From positions 256,001 to 320,000 of the forward strand of contig CAWJMT010000004.1 in assembly GCA_963844035.1 (NCBI GenBank): a DNA stretch of 64,000 bases, given 5' to 3'. This DNA is from an uncultured Gemmatimonadales bacterium (lineage in GTDB: Bacteria; Gemmatimonadota; Gemmatimonadetes; Gemmatimonadales; GWC2-71-9). The position numbers and the translations under genes are program-made. Positions 53,607 to 64,000 of the stretch are shown in pieces; the stretch's first letter is position 1; each line of letters starts with the position of its first letter. The notes under the pieces are model-generated. The model saw only the letters and a list, made by a program, of their open reading frames with translations, was not told the origin of the DNA and searched no databases.

Positions 53607-56049
53607 CTAGAATTGCCACCGGAGACCTGCCGTAAATGCACGCCCCATTCCCAGCGTCTGGGACGCGGCGTTGGTCGTCGCATTGTCCGAATATTGGACG
53701 TCGGTCAGGTTCACGCCCGCGGCATACACATTGAGCTGCCTGCCGAGCTGATACGATGTACTGAAATTGATCAACGTGAAGGCCGGCTGTGGAATGGTGT
53801 GGTTCACGTCGAGATACATCGAGCCGGAGTGGCGCAGTCCGGCGTAGGTGCTCCACCGCGACGTGACGTTCCAGGTCACGCCGGCCGTGACAAGGTCCTG
53901 CGGTATGGCGCCGAGCTGCGCGTCGATCGGGATCGCCCGTGGTGGTGGCCGTGTAGTGACTGTCGGTGTAGGTGTAGGCCCCGTCGACGGTCAGGAACCG
54001 CGTCAGGTGGAAGGCGCCGACCAGCTCGACTCCGACAGCCTTCGCGTCCTGCCCGTTGGTGTTGAAATTCACGGTGGCCGGGCAGTTCGAGAGTGTCGGG
54101 CCGCAGATCGCGATCACCGCGGGCGGTGCCGCCGCCGCATTCGGTACCCGGTATGACGTGATCAGCGCCTTCGTGTTGCCCTGAAACACCGTGGCGCCGA
54201 AGCCGGACGGCCCGCGTTGTGAAATCCACTCCAAATTCGCCACCGGTCAGGGTCGAGGGCGACAGCTCCGGATTGGCGATGGTGATGGAGGTCGCCGACG
54301 AGAACGACCGGTACAGGTTATTGAGACCCGGCGCGCGGAACGACTTGTACACCGCGCCCCGCGCCGAGAAATGCTGGTTGAAGTCGTAGCGCACCGACAG
54401 GTTGGGATCGAACGTCCCCAGGTGTGAGTCGGCAACCGGTCCCCCGGTGGTCGGGTCGGGCGCGCCGTTCGAGTACCTGGTCATCTCGGCGACTCCATGC
54501 TGGTTCACCCAATAGTCGTACCGGACGCTCATGGTGACTGACGAGCGGTCTGACCGGAACGACCCTGACCTGGCTGAACACCCCGACGAACTGCTGTTGC
54601 CCCTTGCCGAAGTTGATGCGGTTGATCGTTGTCGACGAGCCATCGGTGGTGGTTGGCCTGATTGTAGGTCCAGGCCGAGTCCTGGCCGCCGACCATCCGG
54701 TAGTCGACGCCCCCCTGAACGCTCGCCAGAAAGCCCTTGAAATCCGCGGACGAGATGATCGCCGAGCCTCCCAGCTCGTGGTACGGGCTCTCGTCGTGCG
54801 AGTTCGCGTATTGGACCAGCGGCGCCGTGACCGACGTCGTGTTGCAGTTGGTCGCGGATTCGAGGTAACACGCTGCTCCGTTGCTCTTGTCGAAGTTCAG
54901 GTACTGCGTCCACAGCCTGAGGTCCACGCGGGAACCCCCGCCGAAGACCTTACTCAGCCCGGCTGCCGCATCCGGGCTCTTCTGCAAGTTTGTCCCGTAC
55001 TCATACCCACCGATGAGCTCGTTCTGCTGATGGTACCCCGCGCGCAGGAAGGCGTTGACGTCCGGGGTTGGCGCGTAGTACGCCGCGACCTGCACGTTCC
55101 CGTTGGTGGCCGACGACGCCGACTTGCCGGGCACCGTGTTGAGATACGCTGAAGGAGTCGTCTGGTAGCCGTCGGTGCTGAGCACGTCACCGGAGACCCG
55201 AAGCGACAAACTCTTGCTCGCCACGAAGTTCTTCGACAGCGCCGGGGTGGTCGTGCTCAGCGAGCCGTAGTTCACGTTGACCTCGCCGCCGTTGTCAATC
55301 GGTTTCTTGGTGATGATGTTGATGACGCCTCCCATGGCGAGGTTGCCCCAGAGGCTCGAATTGCCACCGCGAACCACTTCGACACGCTCGATCGCCGAGA
55401 GCGGCACCTTGAACCACTGCGTCGTGCCAAAGAAGGGATCGTGGACGGGAATCCCGTCCACGAGAACGAGCACCGAGCTATTGCTGGTCAGCCCGCGCAG
55501 CTTCGTCTGGTGGCCGGTGGGATCGGTCGTGTAGAACGGCGCCCCGGACATGTTCATGCCCGACACCCCGCGCAGCAGCTGGTCGAGCGTCTGTGCCGGG
55601 GACTTTTGCAGATCCTCATGGTCGATTACGGTCGCGTGCAACGGCATGCGCTCGAGCGTCGTCGTGGTGCGTGTGGCCGACACGACGACCGTCCCCAGCT
55701 GCACCGCCCCCAACGCAAAGTCGGCCCGGACGCTCCCGCCGGCTGGGACGGTCACGGTGAGCCGCACCGGCTCACGGCCGACATAGCGAGCGACGACGAC
55801 CGCCGGGCCCGCCGGCACCTCGGTGATCCGGAAGGCGCCGTGCGCATCGGTCACCGCGGAGCGGCTGGTCCCTTCAACCAGCACCCTCACCCCGGCCAGC
55901 GGCTCACCGGTACCGTCGATGACCTTCCCCTCGACCGAGCCGACGGTCTGCGTGGGCACGGTCACGCTGTCCTGGGCGCGCGCGTTGCCGGCCAGCATCG
56001 CGCATGCCAAGAGCGCGAGTGACACATGATCCTCGACCCACTGCCGCAT
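53607..56049 (-). CDS. TonB-dependent receptor with N-terminal CarboxypepD-like domain (multiple frameshifts)
   Basis: VVVSATR, LVLVDGIP, IERVEVVRG..SSLWG..AMGGVINIIT, SFRAPGLNNLYR, ends GLRWQF. Confidence 0.88.
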
Positions 56050-56165
56050 GCAAGCATCCCCCACCGAGAGTGTTGGTGACTGATGGATCGTGAATTGCCG
56101 GGTGACAGCCGCGACGAGGCGGCGGTCGAGAATCCCCGACTACTCAGGAACGACTGTTGGGAGGG

Positions 56166-56526
56166 CTAGGCTCGAGGAGGCGGAGTTGCGAACTCGGGTG
56201 TGGCGGACAACAGCGGCACTGAGGACATCGACATGCACGTCTACGACAACGAAATCAATGGCAGGAGTCGCCGGCAATTGCGGCAGCACGCAGGCGGCCA
56301 CCAGGAGATCCGGCATCCCGCAATGCTCCGGGGCCGAGATCTTGGCTCCGGGTGTGTGATGCCCTGTCTGGCGATGCTCGGCTCCCATGGCGTGGTGCTC
56401 ATGGGTCGGCATCTCGGTCCCCATCAGGCAGTATGCCGCGCATGACACCGCGTTCGCGGTGGCTACGGGCATCCAAGCCAGAAGGAGGAACAGGCCGCCA
56501 GCGCGGCGCAGCAGGGGGCGAGTCAT
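56166..56526 (-). CDS. DUF2946-like (CruR/CutF-like) Cys/His-rich leader protein ending TPPPRA* after one-base correction
   Basis: Signal-like N-terminus, CAAYC, His/Met-rich segment; shifted frame gives SATPEFATPPPRA* (TAG 56166-68). Confidence 0.7.
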
Positions 56527-56594
56527 TGGATTAGTCAGCGTCCGATATTACCCCAAGCGCACGTCGAAGGGCAAGCCGGAGCGCTCGCATGACG

Positions 56595-58663
56595 CTACAG
56601 GCCCCAGCCCAGCCCGATTCGCACCTGGCGGGGCTCGACCGGGTGAAAATGGATATCGTCAACGCCGGCCGCCGGTTCACCGTCGAGGCGGGACGTATAG
56701 TAGTAGGCGATGTCGTTCGCGACCTGGTCGAAGATGTTCAATACCGATACGTGGATTCGCAGCCCGCGCACCGCATATCCCACCTCGCCGTTGACGAGGT
56801 TCGTCGGTGTCGCGCGGACGCTGTTGTCCTCGATCAGCGGATACGTTCCGAAGTGTCGCAGCCGAAGCGACGCGAACATGCCGCGCGGCGCCGAACTCCA
56901 GGTGATTCCCGATGCCACGACATTCTCGAGGCGCCCGGGAATGTGATCCTCGTTCGCCGGACACACCGCTAAACCGCGCCTGGGCAAACGACACGTCCGC
57001 GTCGAGCGCCAGCTGCGGAATCGGGCGGTAGAAGTTCGCCCACGTCACCCCACGGCGCCGGCTGGCGGACGCGGGCTCCGTCGTCCCACCGTCCCCGATG
57101 AACAGCAACTCGCTGTCGAGATTCAGAGCCCAAACCGAAAGCGTGGAATGCCAGCCCCGGCGAGGCGTAGCCCGGATGCCGATCTCGGCACCATGCGAGC
57201 GCACCAGCGGATCAACCCGCGGCGCCGGCATGCCCGTGCTGGGATCGATCGTGATAGTCGTCCCGCGGGCGTCGTTGCTGTGAAACCCGAGTCCACCGCT
57301 CACGATACACCTCGGCCGCGGGGGACGGGGTGAAGATCAACGAGGCCTTGGGGCTCACGATGCCGGCGTTGCGATGCCCGGAGTTGACGGCGAGGTCGCT
57401 CGCTACGTCGAAGGAGTACCCGTCACCACGAACTCCCAAGCACGGTGCGGAACCACGGCCGCCATCGCGACGTCGCCTGGACAAACAGGCCGACGGCCGA
57501 CTCCCGGACCTCGTCCTCCCGCACGGTGCCCGACCGCACTCTGGCTACCGTGCGGTACAGGCCGACCGGGCTGAGGATGTCGTAACGAGTTTGCAGCCCA
57601 ACAGTCAGACACATGTGACGCACCGAGCGCGTCCACCTGCTGCGTCTGCGTGGCTTTCCCGCCGAGTACCAGGCGACTCTCGCGCTGATTGAACTGGTCG
57701 CCGCTCGTCGTGTCGCTCAGCCGGTACTCGAAGTTCGAGAAGAGGCTGAGGTCGGATCGAATGCCGAACAGCTGGACCTGCTGCAGCGACCGCGCGCCAC
57801 GTGTGGCTCCACGAGCCCGAGAGACTGTAGCGCCCCGTACTACCGCCGTCCGTGGGGTCGACGTGCCCGAACCGGCTGATCAAGCCGCCTTCGACCGCCC
57901 GCAAGGGGATCTGATCGGTCGCATTCCATTGGTTGTGGTACGCCATGCCAAGGATCGAGAACTGCGACGATCCCCGTTCCCACGAGTAGCGGGTGACCCC
58001 ACTCAGCTTGCGCAGCTGCTCGGGGATCTCCCAAGGACCGTTGTAGCCCTTCACCTCGCCGGCAACCAGCAGATCGCCGCCTCCCGCCCGCGCCGACGCG
58101 CCCGCCGCAAGGCGCGCCATCCCGTTCTCCCCGACTGTCGTGGTGGCGAAGGGCCGGCTCAGCAAACGGGCCAGGTGGTACTCGGCGGCGCCGGCGCTTC
58201 CGAAATCTCCAACCTCGGCGTGATACACACCGAGCCGATAGTCGAGATAGTCCACCAACTCGGGGATGAGAAAGTTCAGATCGGTGTAGCCCTGGCCATG
58301 GGCGTGCGTCGGCATGTTCAGGGGCATGCCGTCGAGCGTCGTCTGGAAGTCGGTGCCGTGATCGAGATTGAACCCGCGCACGAAGTACTGGTTGGCTTTG
58401 CCGTCCCCGGAGTGCTGCGTGACGATCACGCCGGGCACGGTCTCCTGCAGCTCTCCCTCGCGAGCGATCGGTCGCAGCCGGAGGTCGGCGGCTCCCACTC
58501 GTCCTTCCGACGCGGTCGCGGCGGTGCCGATGAGGTTGTCGGAGCGCCCCGTCACGACAACCGCTGGAAGCACGACCGTCTTGGCGGAGTCCTCCTGGGA
58601 GCGCGCCGGGACGGCCGCGAGGGTGCTGGCGGCAGCGGCGATGAGACAGCAGCGGCGGATCAT
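56595..58663 (-). CDS. TonB-dependent receptor, HSGDGKANQYF family (multiple frameshifts)
   Basis: TQHSGDGKANQYFVRGFNLDHGTDF, HAHGQGY.D, GFHSNDARG, DIHFHPVEPR. Confidence 0.88.
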
Positions 58664-58722
58664 GACACGCAAATTGCCTCATGAGGCGTCAATGTGGAAC
58701 GGGACCGAACCGGCGGCCTCCG

Positions 58723-58731
58723 TGCTATAAT
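58723..58731 (+). promoter_or_regulatory. Extended -10 promoter (TGcTATAAT) for the SCO operon
   Basis: 9 nt upstream of the GTG at 58741; no SD. Confidence 0.6.
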
Positions 58732-58740
58732 TCCGAACCT

Positions 58741-59382
58741 GTGTTCCATCATCGAGCGATTCTCTCCCTGTGCGCAATGGCCGTTCTCGGGTCGGCCTGC
58801 CGAGGCACGACCACCAAGGTCGTGCGGGCGGGTGAATACAAGGGCGACGTCATCGTCCAACCGATCCCCGCACCCGATTTCACCCTCACTACCACCGACG
58901 GCCAGCCCTACCACTTCAGGCAGGAAACGAACGGCATGCTCGGCCTGCTGTTCTTCGGCTACACCCACTGCCCGGACATCTGCCCGGTGCACATGGCCAA
59001 CCTGGCGGCCGTGCTGCGGCGGCTACCCACCGAAGTTTCCCGCAAGGTGAAGGTGGTGTTCGTCACAGTGGACCCGGCGCGCGACACGCCGCAGGAGCTG
59101 CGCGCCTGGCTCGACAACTTCGATCGCTCGTTCGTAGGCCTGCGGGGCCCGCTCGACCAGGTGAACAAGATCCAGAACGACTTCAAAATGCCCGCCACCG
59201 TGTTCGAGAAGCTTCCCGACGGCGGCTACGCGGTCGGGCACGGGGCCCCGGTGATCGCGGTGATCGCCGACTCGGCGCGCGTTTTCTATCCCTTCGGCAT
59301 CCGGCAGGAGGATTGGCTGCACGACCTGCCGAAGCTCGTCGCGACCGTCCCCGTCCCCAGCGCGCGGGGGGGCGCCGACTGA
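58741..59382 (+). CDS. SCO1/SenC copper chaperone lipoprotein
   Basis: LGSAC lipobox; FFGYTHCPDICP; TVDPARDT; YAVGH. Confidence 0.93.
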   Translation: MFHHRAILSLCAMAVLGSACRGTTTKVVRAGEYKGDVIVQPIPAPDFTLTTTDGQPYHFRQETNGMLGLLFFGYTHCPDICPVHMANLAAVLRRLPTEVSRKVKVVFVTVDPARDTPQELRAWLDNFDRSFVGLRGPLDQVNKIQNDFKMPATVFEKLPDGGYAVGHGAPVIAVIADSARVFYPFGIRQEDWLHDLPKLVATVPVPSARGGAD

Positions 59383-60224
59383 TGCAGTGGTGGTGTTCGG
59401 CGCAGGGAGTGCCGTGGACCTGGGAGTGGCGTCCCTACCTGGGCGTGTGGCTGCTGGTTGCGCTGATCGCCATGGCCTACCGGCGCACCTATCGGGCCAT
59501 CCCGGCCCCCGCCGATCCCGACGCCCGCAAACTGCGCCAATGGCGCGCGGCGGCGGCCGCGTCGGGGATCGCAGGGGTATGGCTGCTGCTCGACTGGCCG
59601 ATCGGCGCACTCGGGGCCGGTTACCTCGCGAGCGTGCACACCGTGCAATTCATCGGTCTCGGCCTGGCGTTGCCGCCGTTGCTGCTGTTCGGGCTTCCCG
59701 AAGGCTGGGAAGCGACGCGCGGGGCCCGATTGAGCTCGATCCTCTCGCAGGTGACGAACCCCCTCACCGCAATCGTCGGATTCACCGTCATCGTGTTCCT
59801 CACCCACCTGCCACCGATCGTGGACGCCTTGATGGTGACGCAGGTCGGCTCGTTTGTCCTCGATCTCGCGTGGCTGGTCGGCGGCCTCGCGTTTTGGTGG
59901 CCCGTCGTGCGGCGCTGGCCGCAGCCGGCGCTGGGGCCGGCAGCGCGGCTCGCGTATGTGCTCGCAGGCACCGCGGCGCGGATGGGGATCGGCATGTTCA
60001 TGGGCCTGGCACCGTTCCCGCTCAATCGCGTGTTCGAGCTTGCGCCGCCGATCAACGGGATCGATGCGTTCGAGGACCAGCAGCGCGCCGGCGGGCTGAT
60101 GATGTTCGGCGACGTCCTCGTGGGCCTCGCCGGCGTCGCGATCCTCATCTACATCTGGCAACGCGACGAGCATGAGCGGCTGGCGAAGGCAGCGAGGGAT
60201 ACGGTCGGTCGTGAGGTAGTCTGA
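59382..60224 (+). CDS. Cytochrome caa3 oxidase assembly factor (Caa3_CtaG family)
   Basis: LDWPIG..YLASVH, PPLLL.G, THLP, FWWPV, DQQRAG.LM. Confidence 0.85.
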   Translation: MQWWCSAQGVPWTWEWRPYLGVWLLVALIAMAYRRTYRAIPAPADPDARKLRQWRAAAAASGIAGVWLLLDWPIGALGAGYLASVHTVQFIGLGLALPPLLLFGLPEGWEATRGARLSSILSQVTNPLTAIVGFTVIVFLTHLPPIVDALMVTQVGSFVLDLAWLVGGLAFWWPVVRRWPQPALGPAARLAYVLAGTAARMGIGMFMGLAPFPLNRVFELAPPINGIDAFEDQQRAGGLMMFGDVLVGLAGVAILIYIWQRDEHERLAKAARDTVGREVV

Positions 60225-60559
60225 GCGCTGCGCGGACCGTTGGCGCGGTCGCGCTGTTCCTGACGGCAGCTCTTGGGACGGCGTGTCGCGCAAAGCCGGA
60301 GCAAATCACCCGCCGTTACGACCTGCACGGCACGGTCGTCGCCGTCAACCGGGCCAGCGGCAATCTCGTCGTGAAGCACGACGACATACCCGGGTACATG
60401 TCGTCGATGACCATGCCCTACCGCGCGGCCAATCCCCAGGACCTCACCTTCCTCGAGAACGGCGACGAGATCCGCGCCGAGCTCCTCGTGACCATCGAGG
60501 GCGCAGCGCGTCTCGAGCACATCAGGGTCGTGCAGCACGCGAAGACCGCACCGCGATAG
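60225..60559 (+). CDS. CusF-like copper-binding protein (5' end uncertain, probable indel)
   Basis: YDLHGTVVAV..VVKHDDIPGYMSSMTMPY..GDEI. Confidence 0.75.
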
Positions 60560-62000
60560 CCGTTCGCACCACCGCCCACATCAGCGCGAACCAGCCGCTC
60601 AGCGTGATCGCCCACCCGATCCCCGGCTGGAAAAGCCGCATGATCCGCAAGTAAGACTGGAACGCCAGCGGAAGGCCCACCAGCAGAAGTACTCCCAGGA
60701 CCAGACCGCCGAGCGCCGGCAACACAATGCGCAGTGTGCGGGCGCGCCCGGTGCCCGGCCGCGTGGCCGGCAGCGCGCTCCAGCGCCGGAAGCGACGCAG
60801 CGAGAAGACCGCGGACGCGACCTGAAGAAACGGCAGCGACAGGAACACCGCGAGCATACCTGCAAAGATCAGCGGAAACGTGATCGGGACCGGCGGCCGG
60901 CCCATGACCATGCGCGCGACATTCACCGCGGCGTCCTGAACGTGACCCTCCGCCGCGACGCCGTTGGCGTTGGCGAGCAGCGCCACGCCCCATCCGCTGT
61001 CGGGCAACAAGATGAAGCGGGAGAGGAACGCCGGCACCGAGCCGGCGATCTCGAGCGTCTTGACCCCGTCGATGTCCTGGATGACGAACCCCAGCGCCAG
61101 GTCGGTGCCAGGCACGATGTTCCCCCGCGGCGTGTGCATCTCCGCGACAACGCGGGGCGAGAGCGCGGGCCGCCCCGCATACCGCCCCTGACCGAGCTGC
61201 GCCGCGAGGTAGTGTCCCACGTCTTCGGCGCTGGAGATCAGGTATCCGGCGGCCAGGTCGCCGCGGTTCGCCGGCTGCACCGTCGCGATCGGCACGCCAA
61301 ACATCACCCGGTAGCCGGTCGACAGCCCGTCCCGCTCCGCGTCGGCACGCTCGGTGTGCGTGTGGTGCATCTCCAGCGGCTCGAACACCCGCGTGCGCAT
61401 GTACGCCGCGTACGGCATCCCGCTCGCGGCCTCGATCACGAGCCCCAGGGTCGTGTAGTTCGCATTGCTGTACTGGAAGCCGCGCACCGGCTTCACACTC
61501 CCGAGCCGTCGAACGTGCCGCACGGCGGCTGCGGCACTCGTATCGGGGTCGTCCAGCCAGTACTCGCCCGCGCGCCCAGGAATCCCGCCGGAATGCATCA
61601 TCACCTGGCGGACGGTGATGCCGCGCGAGAACGCCGTGTCGGCCAGGGTGAACCAGGGGAGATAGCGCTGGACCGGGGCGTCAAGATCGATGCGCCCTTC
61701 CTCCGCCAGCTGGAGAATCGCGAGCGCGGTGAAGCTCTTGGTGGTGGAGCCGAGATAGAACGGCGTGGCCGCCGTCACCTTGCGGCCGGTGCGATCGGCG
61801 ACGCCGAATCCGCGCGCGTGCACCACCCGGTCTCCCTTCACGATCACGAGCGCCCCGCCCGGCACCCCGCCCTGCCTGAACTGGTCCTCGATCATACTGT
61901 CGATTGCAGCAAACTCGGATTGCGCGCGGAGCGGGCCGGCGAACGCCAGCACCGCTATACATGCGCGGAAGCAACTCGAGACTGCGTGACGCCTGTTCAT
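60522..62000 (-). CDS. Serine hydrolase (beta-lactamase class C / PBP fold) with C-terminal TM helices
   Basis: Signal peptide; GSTTKSFT (SxxK), YSNANY; three C-terminal hydrophobic helices. Confidence 0.88.
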   Translation of the reverse strand: MNRRHAVSSCFRACIAVLAFAGPLRAQSEFAAIDSMIEDQFRQGGVPGGALVIVKGDRVVHARGFGVADRTGRKVTAATPFYLGSTTKSFTALAILQLAEEGRIDLDAPVQRYLPWFTLADTAFSRGITVRQVMMHSGGIPGRAGEYWLDDPDTSAAAAVRHVRRLGSVKPVRGFQYSNANYTTLGLVIEAASGMPYAAYMRTRVFEPLEMHHTHTERADAERDGLSTGYRVMFGVPIATVQPANRGDLAAGYLISSAEDVGHYLAAQLGQGRYAGRPALSPRVVAEMHTPRGNIVPGTDLALGFVIQDIDGVKTLEIAGSVPAFLSRFILLPDSGWGVALLANANGVAAEGHVQDAAVNVARMVMGRPPVPITFPLIFAGMLAVFLSLPFLQVASAVFSLRRFRRWSALPATRPGTGRARTLRIVLPALGGLVLGVLLLVGLPLAFQSYLRIMRLFQPGIGWAITLSGWFALMWAVVRTAIAVRSSRAARP

Positions 62001-62062
62001 GGATTCGCCCCGTATGAGTGTGAAGTGCATGGAGCGAATCAAGCGCTGCGACATGAGATGGT

Positions 62063-62105
62063 GGTGAACGTTGTGGCGAAGCGGGCTGGTTCTGGGGTGA
62101 ACCGC
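62063..62105 (-). promoter_or_regulatory. LytTR-type direct repeats
   Basis: GCGGTTCACC, CCGCTTCGCC (21 bp period), AACGTTCACC upstream of the serine hydrolase. Confidence 0.55.
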
Positions 62106-62106
62106 G

Positions 62107-62796
62107 CTACCCTCGCGGCAGTCGGTCGCGGTACTTCTGGCCGATCGGCAGCTCAGTGCCGTCCTGCAGCACCACGGCGTGGTCGCCGAGCCCCAGGTTG
62201 CGAACCTCTTTGATGCGCTCGAAGCGCACCATGGCGGAGCGGTGGATGCGGACGAAGTGTTTGGGGTCGAGCGTCGCTTCCAGCGTGGTGAGGGTCTCGC
62301 GCACCAGGTGCTGCTGCTGGCCGACGTGCAGGCAGGCGTAGTTGTCGCGCGCTTCGATCCAGTCGATCGCACCGGTTTCAACGAACACGGTCCGTTTGCC
62401 CAACGTCACCGCGATGCGTTCGAGGTAGCCGCCGCGCTGCTGCAACGCCGCCCGCGCGCGGCCCACCGCCTTGGCCAGCCGGCCATCGTCATACGGCTTG
62501 AGAAGGTAGTCGCCGGCGGCGCGATCGAAGGCGCGCACCGCGTGCTCCGCCTGCCCCGTCACAAACACCACGAATGGCGCCGGCGTGACGTTCATCGTGT
62601 CGAGCACATGAAAGCCGTCGAGGCCCGGCATCTGCACATCGAGAAACACGAGGTCCGGCTTGAGGCCGCGGATGGCGCGGAGCGCCTCTTCGGCGGTCTC
62701 GCTCTCGCCCAGGATGTCGACGTCGGGGTGGTCGGCGAGCATGGTCCGCAGGCGCTGCCGCGCCAGCGGCTCGTCGTCAACGATCAGCGCGCGCAC
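62107..62796 (-). CDS. LytTR family response regulator
   Basis: IVDDEPLAR, FLDVQMP, DYLLKP, FVRIHRS. Confidence 0.93.
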   Translation of the reverse strand: MRALIVDDEPLARQRLRTMLADHPDVDILGESETAEEALRAIRGLKPDLVFLDVQMPGLDGFHVLDTMNVTPAPFVVFVTGQAEHAVRAFDRAAGDYLLKPYDDGRLAKAVGRARAALQQRGGYLERIAVTLGKRTVFVETGAIDWIEARDNYACLHVGQQQHLVRETLTTLEATLDPKHFVRIHRSAMVRFERIKEVRNLGLGDHAVVLQDGTELPIGQKYRDRLPRG

Positions 62797-63881
62797 GCGG
62801 CACAGCCTGTTGGAAGCGGAATGTCGATCGTGGCCCGCACCCCTCCTGACTCAACCGGAGCGAGCTCGAAGCGGTGGTCCCCGGGAAACAGCGTGGCAAG
62901 ACGAGCGCGCGTGTTGCCGACCCCGATGCGCTCGCGGGAGCGCGCGTCCGCAGGCAACCCCACGCCGTCGTCCAGGACCGACAGCACCAACCGGTCCCCG
63001 TTGCGGGCGCCGGTGATCGCGATGGCGCCCGGGCCAACCTTGGGGCCGATGCCGTGCGTCAACGCGTTTTCGACGAGCGGCTGCAGCAGCATGCTGGGCA
63101 CCCGGGCGCCACGGATGTCGTCCGGGATCGCCGTCGTCACGGTGAGCCGGGGCCCGAATCGCATCTGTTGCAGGGCGACGTACAGCTCGAGCCGCTCCAT
63201 TTCATCTCCCAGTGAAGACTCCCCACCGGCCGTCCCGTCGAGCGTCAGGCGCAAGAGGTCGCTCAGCTTCACGAGCATCGACTCGGCGGTCCGCGGATCG
63301 GCCCGGACCAGCGCCGCGATGGCGTTCAGCGTGTTGAAAAGAAAGTGCGGTTGCAGCTCGACCGACAGTGCGTGCAGCTGGGCCCGCGACAGTGATACTT
63401 CTGTCTCCTTCACCTGACGCTGCTGCAGGCGGCGGAGGTGCAAGCGATACAGCACAAAGTAGGGCACGAAGAGGAACACCAGGAACTGTCCCACGGCGCG
63501 GTCGATCTCGCTCCCCAGTGCCGCGGGACCAACCAGGTCCGCCGCCATCCCTGGGACCACGTACGCCGTGAGGCGCGCCAGCGTCGTCGCCAGCAGCCCG
63601 CGAACCACGCCTGCTAGGGCGGCGACTCCGACGGTGAGCGAAAGATTCCGGAGCAGTACCCCGCGCGTGAGCGGGAGGCGGTCCAGGGCGGCGAAGGTCG
63701 CGGGAAGGATCGCGATCCAACACAGGAACCGGATCACCTGGCCCACGACCAACGGGGTGGTGATGCCCTGCTGCAACCGGTCGGCCGGCTCGACGATCGT
63801 CACGAACAGGAGAAACAAGACGACGGCCGCCCATTCCGCTCGCGTCGCGAGGGCGACGACCCGCACCTGAGGCGAGGTCAT
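62784..63881 (-). CDS. LytS-type sensor histidine kinase
   Basis: TM N-terminus; LQPHFLFNTLN, LQPLVENA..HG, DDGVG. Confidence 0.93.
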   Translation of the reverse strand: MTSPQVRVVALATRAEWAAVVLFLLFVTIVEPADRLQQGITTPLVVGQVIRFLCWIAILPATFAALDRLPLTRGVLLRNLSLTVGVAALAGVVRGLLATTLARLTAYVVPGMAADLVGPAALGSEIDRAVGQFLVFLFVPYFVLYRLHLRRLQQRQVKETEVSLSRAQLHALSVELQPHFLFNTLNAIAALVRADPRTAESMLVKLSDLLRLTLDGTAGGESSLGDEMERLELYVALQQMRFGPRLTVTTAIPDDIRGARVPSMLLQPLVENALTHGIGPKVGPGAIAITGARNGDRLVLSVLDDGVGLPADARSRERIGVGNTRARLATLFPGDHRFELAPVESGGVRATIDIPLPTGCAACAR

Positions 63882-64000
63882 TTGTCCTTCCTCTTGAAGC
63901 CCACCGGCAAGTCGAAGTGCACCGAATCGGTCCGGGCCGGCGCCAGGTCGAGTGTTTCGATCGTCGTCACGGTCTCAGTGGGATCGTCGTCATCCCCGGT
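63878..64000 (-). CDS. C-terminus of hypothetical protein (possibly DUF4412-like), 5' partial
   Basis: Open frame ending ..SVHFDLPVGFKRKDK*; TGA overlaps kinase ATG (ATGA). Confidence 0.5.
   Translation of the reverse strand, partial: TGDDDDPTETVTTIETLDLAPARTDSVHFDLPVGFKRKDK

Noticed and set aside
60522..62000. Beta-lactam resistance gene
   Set aside because: Generic SxxK hydrolase with TM tail; no evidence of beta-lactamase function

Overview
GC-rich bacterial chromosomal window; gene content and style suggest Gemmatimonadota or a similar soil lineage (inference). From left to right it holds: the end of gltB and gltD; SSADH; dinB; BON and EVE proteins; an atypical YchF; a SufR-like regulator facing DUF4142; two tandem Tat-type phosphoesterases; an ECF42/DGPF/MFS/5'-3' exonuclease operon with its ECF42 promoter; an NHEJ locus (ligD <- -> ku plus MerR-HTH/TPR gene); an arsenic operon (arsR-arsM-aquaporin-arsC) with two operators; DUF72; DUF2779; an Asn-loop EF-P; htrA; tag; an SBP56-family protein; an ABC exporter; ilvD; divergent leuA-ilvBNC-leuCDB and thrB-thrA-thrC operons with attenuators; proC; a metal/copper locus (DUF2946-like leader, two TonB receptors, BNR protein, TlpA, SCO, CtaG, CusF-like); and a LytS/LytTR pair. 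About 20 genes, including housekeeping ones, carry small frameshifts, most likely long-read indel errors, so several ORF-track fusions and splits are artefacts. The best hidden signals are an unannotated Leu/Val/Ile leader-peptide attenuator, a DUF2946/CruR-like Cys/His-rich leader ending in PPPRA upstream of a TonB-BNR-TlpA operon, a MerR-TPR gene tied to Ku/LigD with a 28-bp bidirectional promoter, and a SufR-type operator. No CRISPR, tRNA, rRNA or mobile element was seen.
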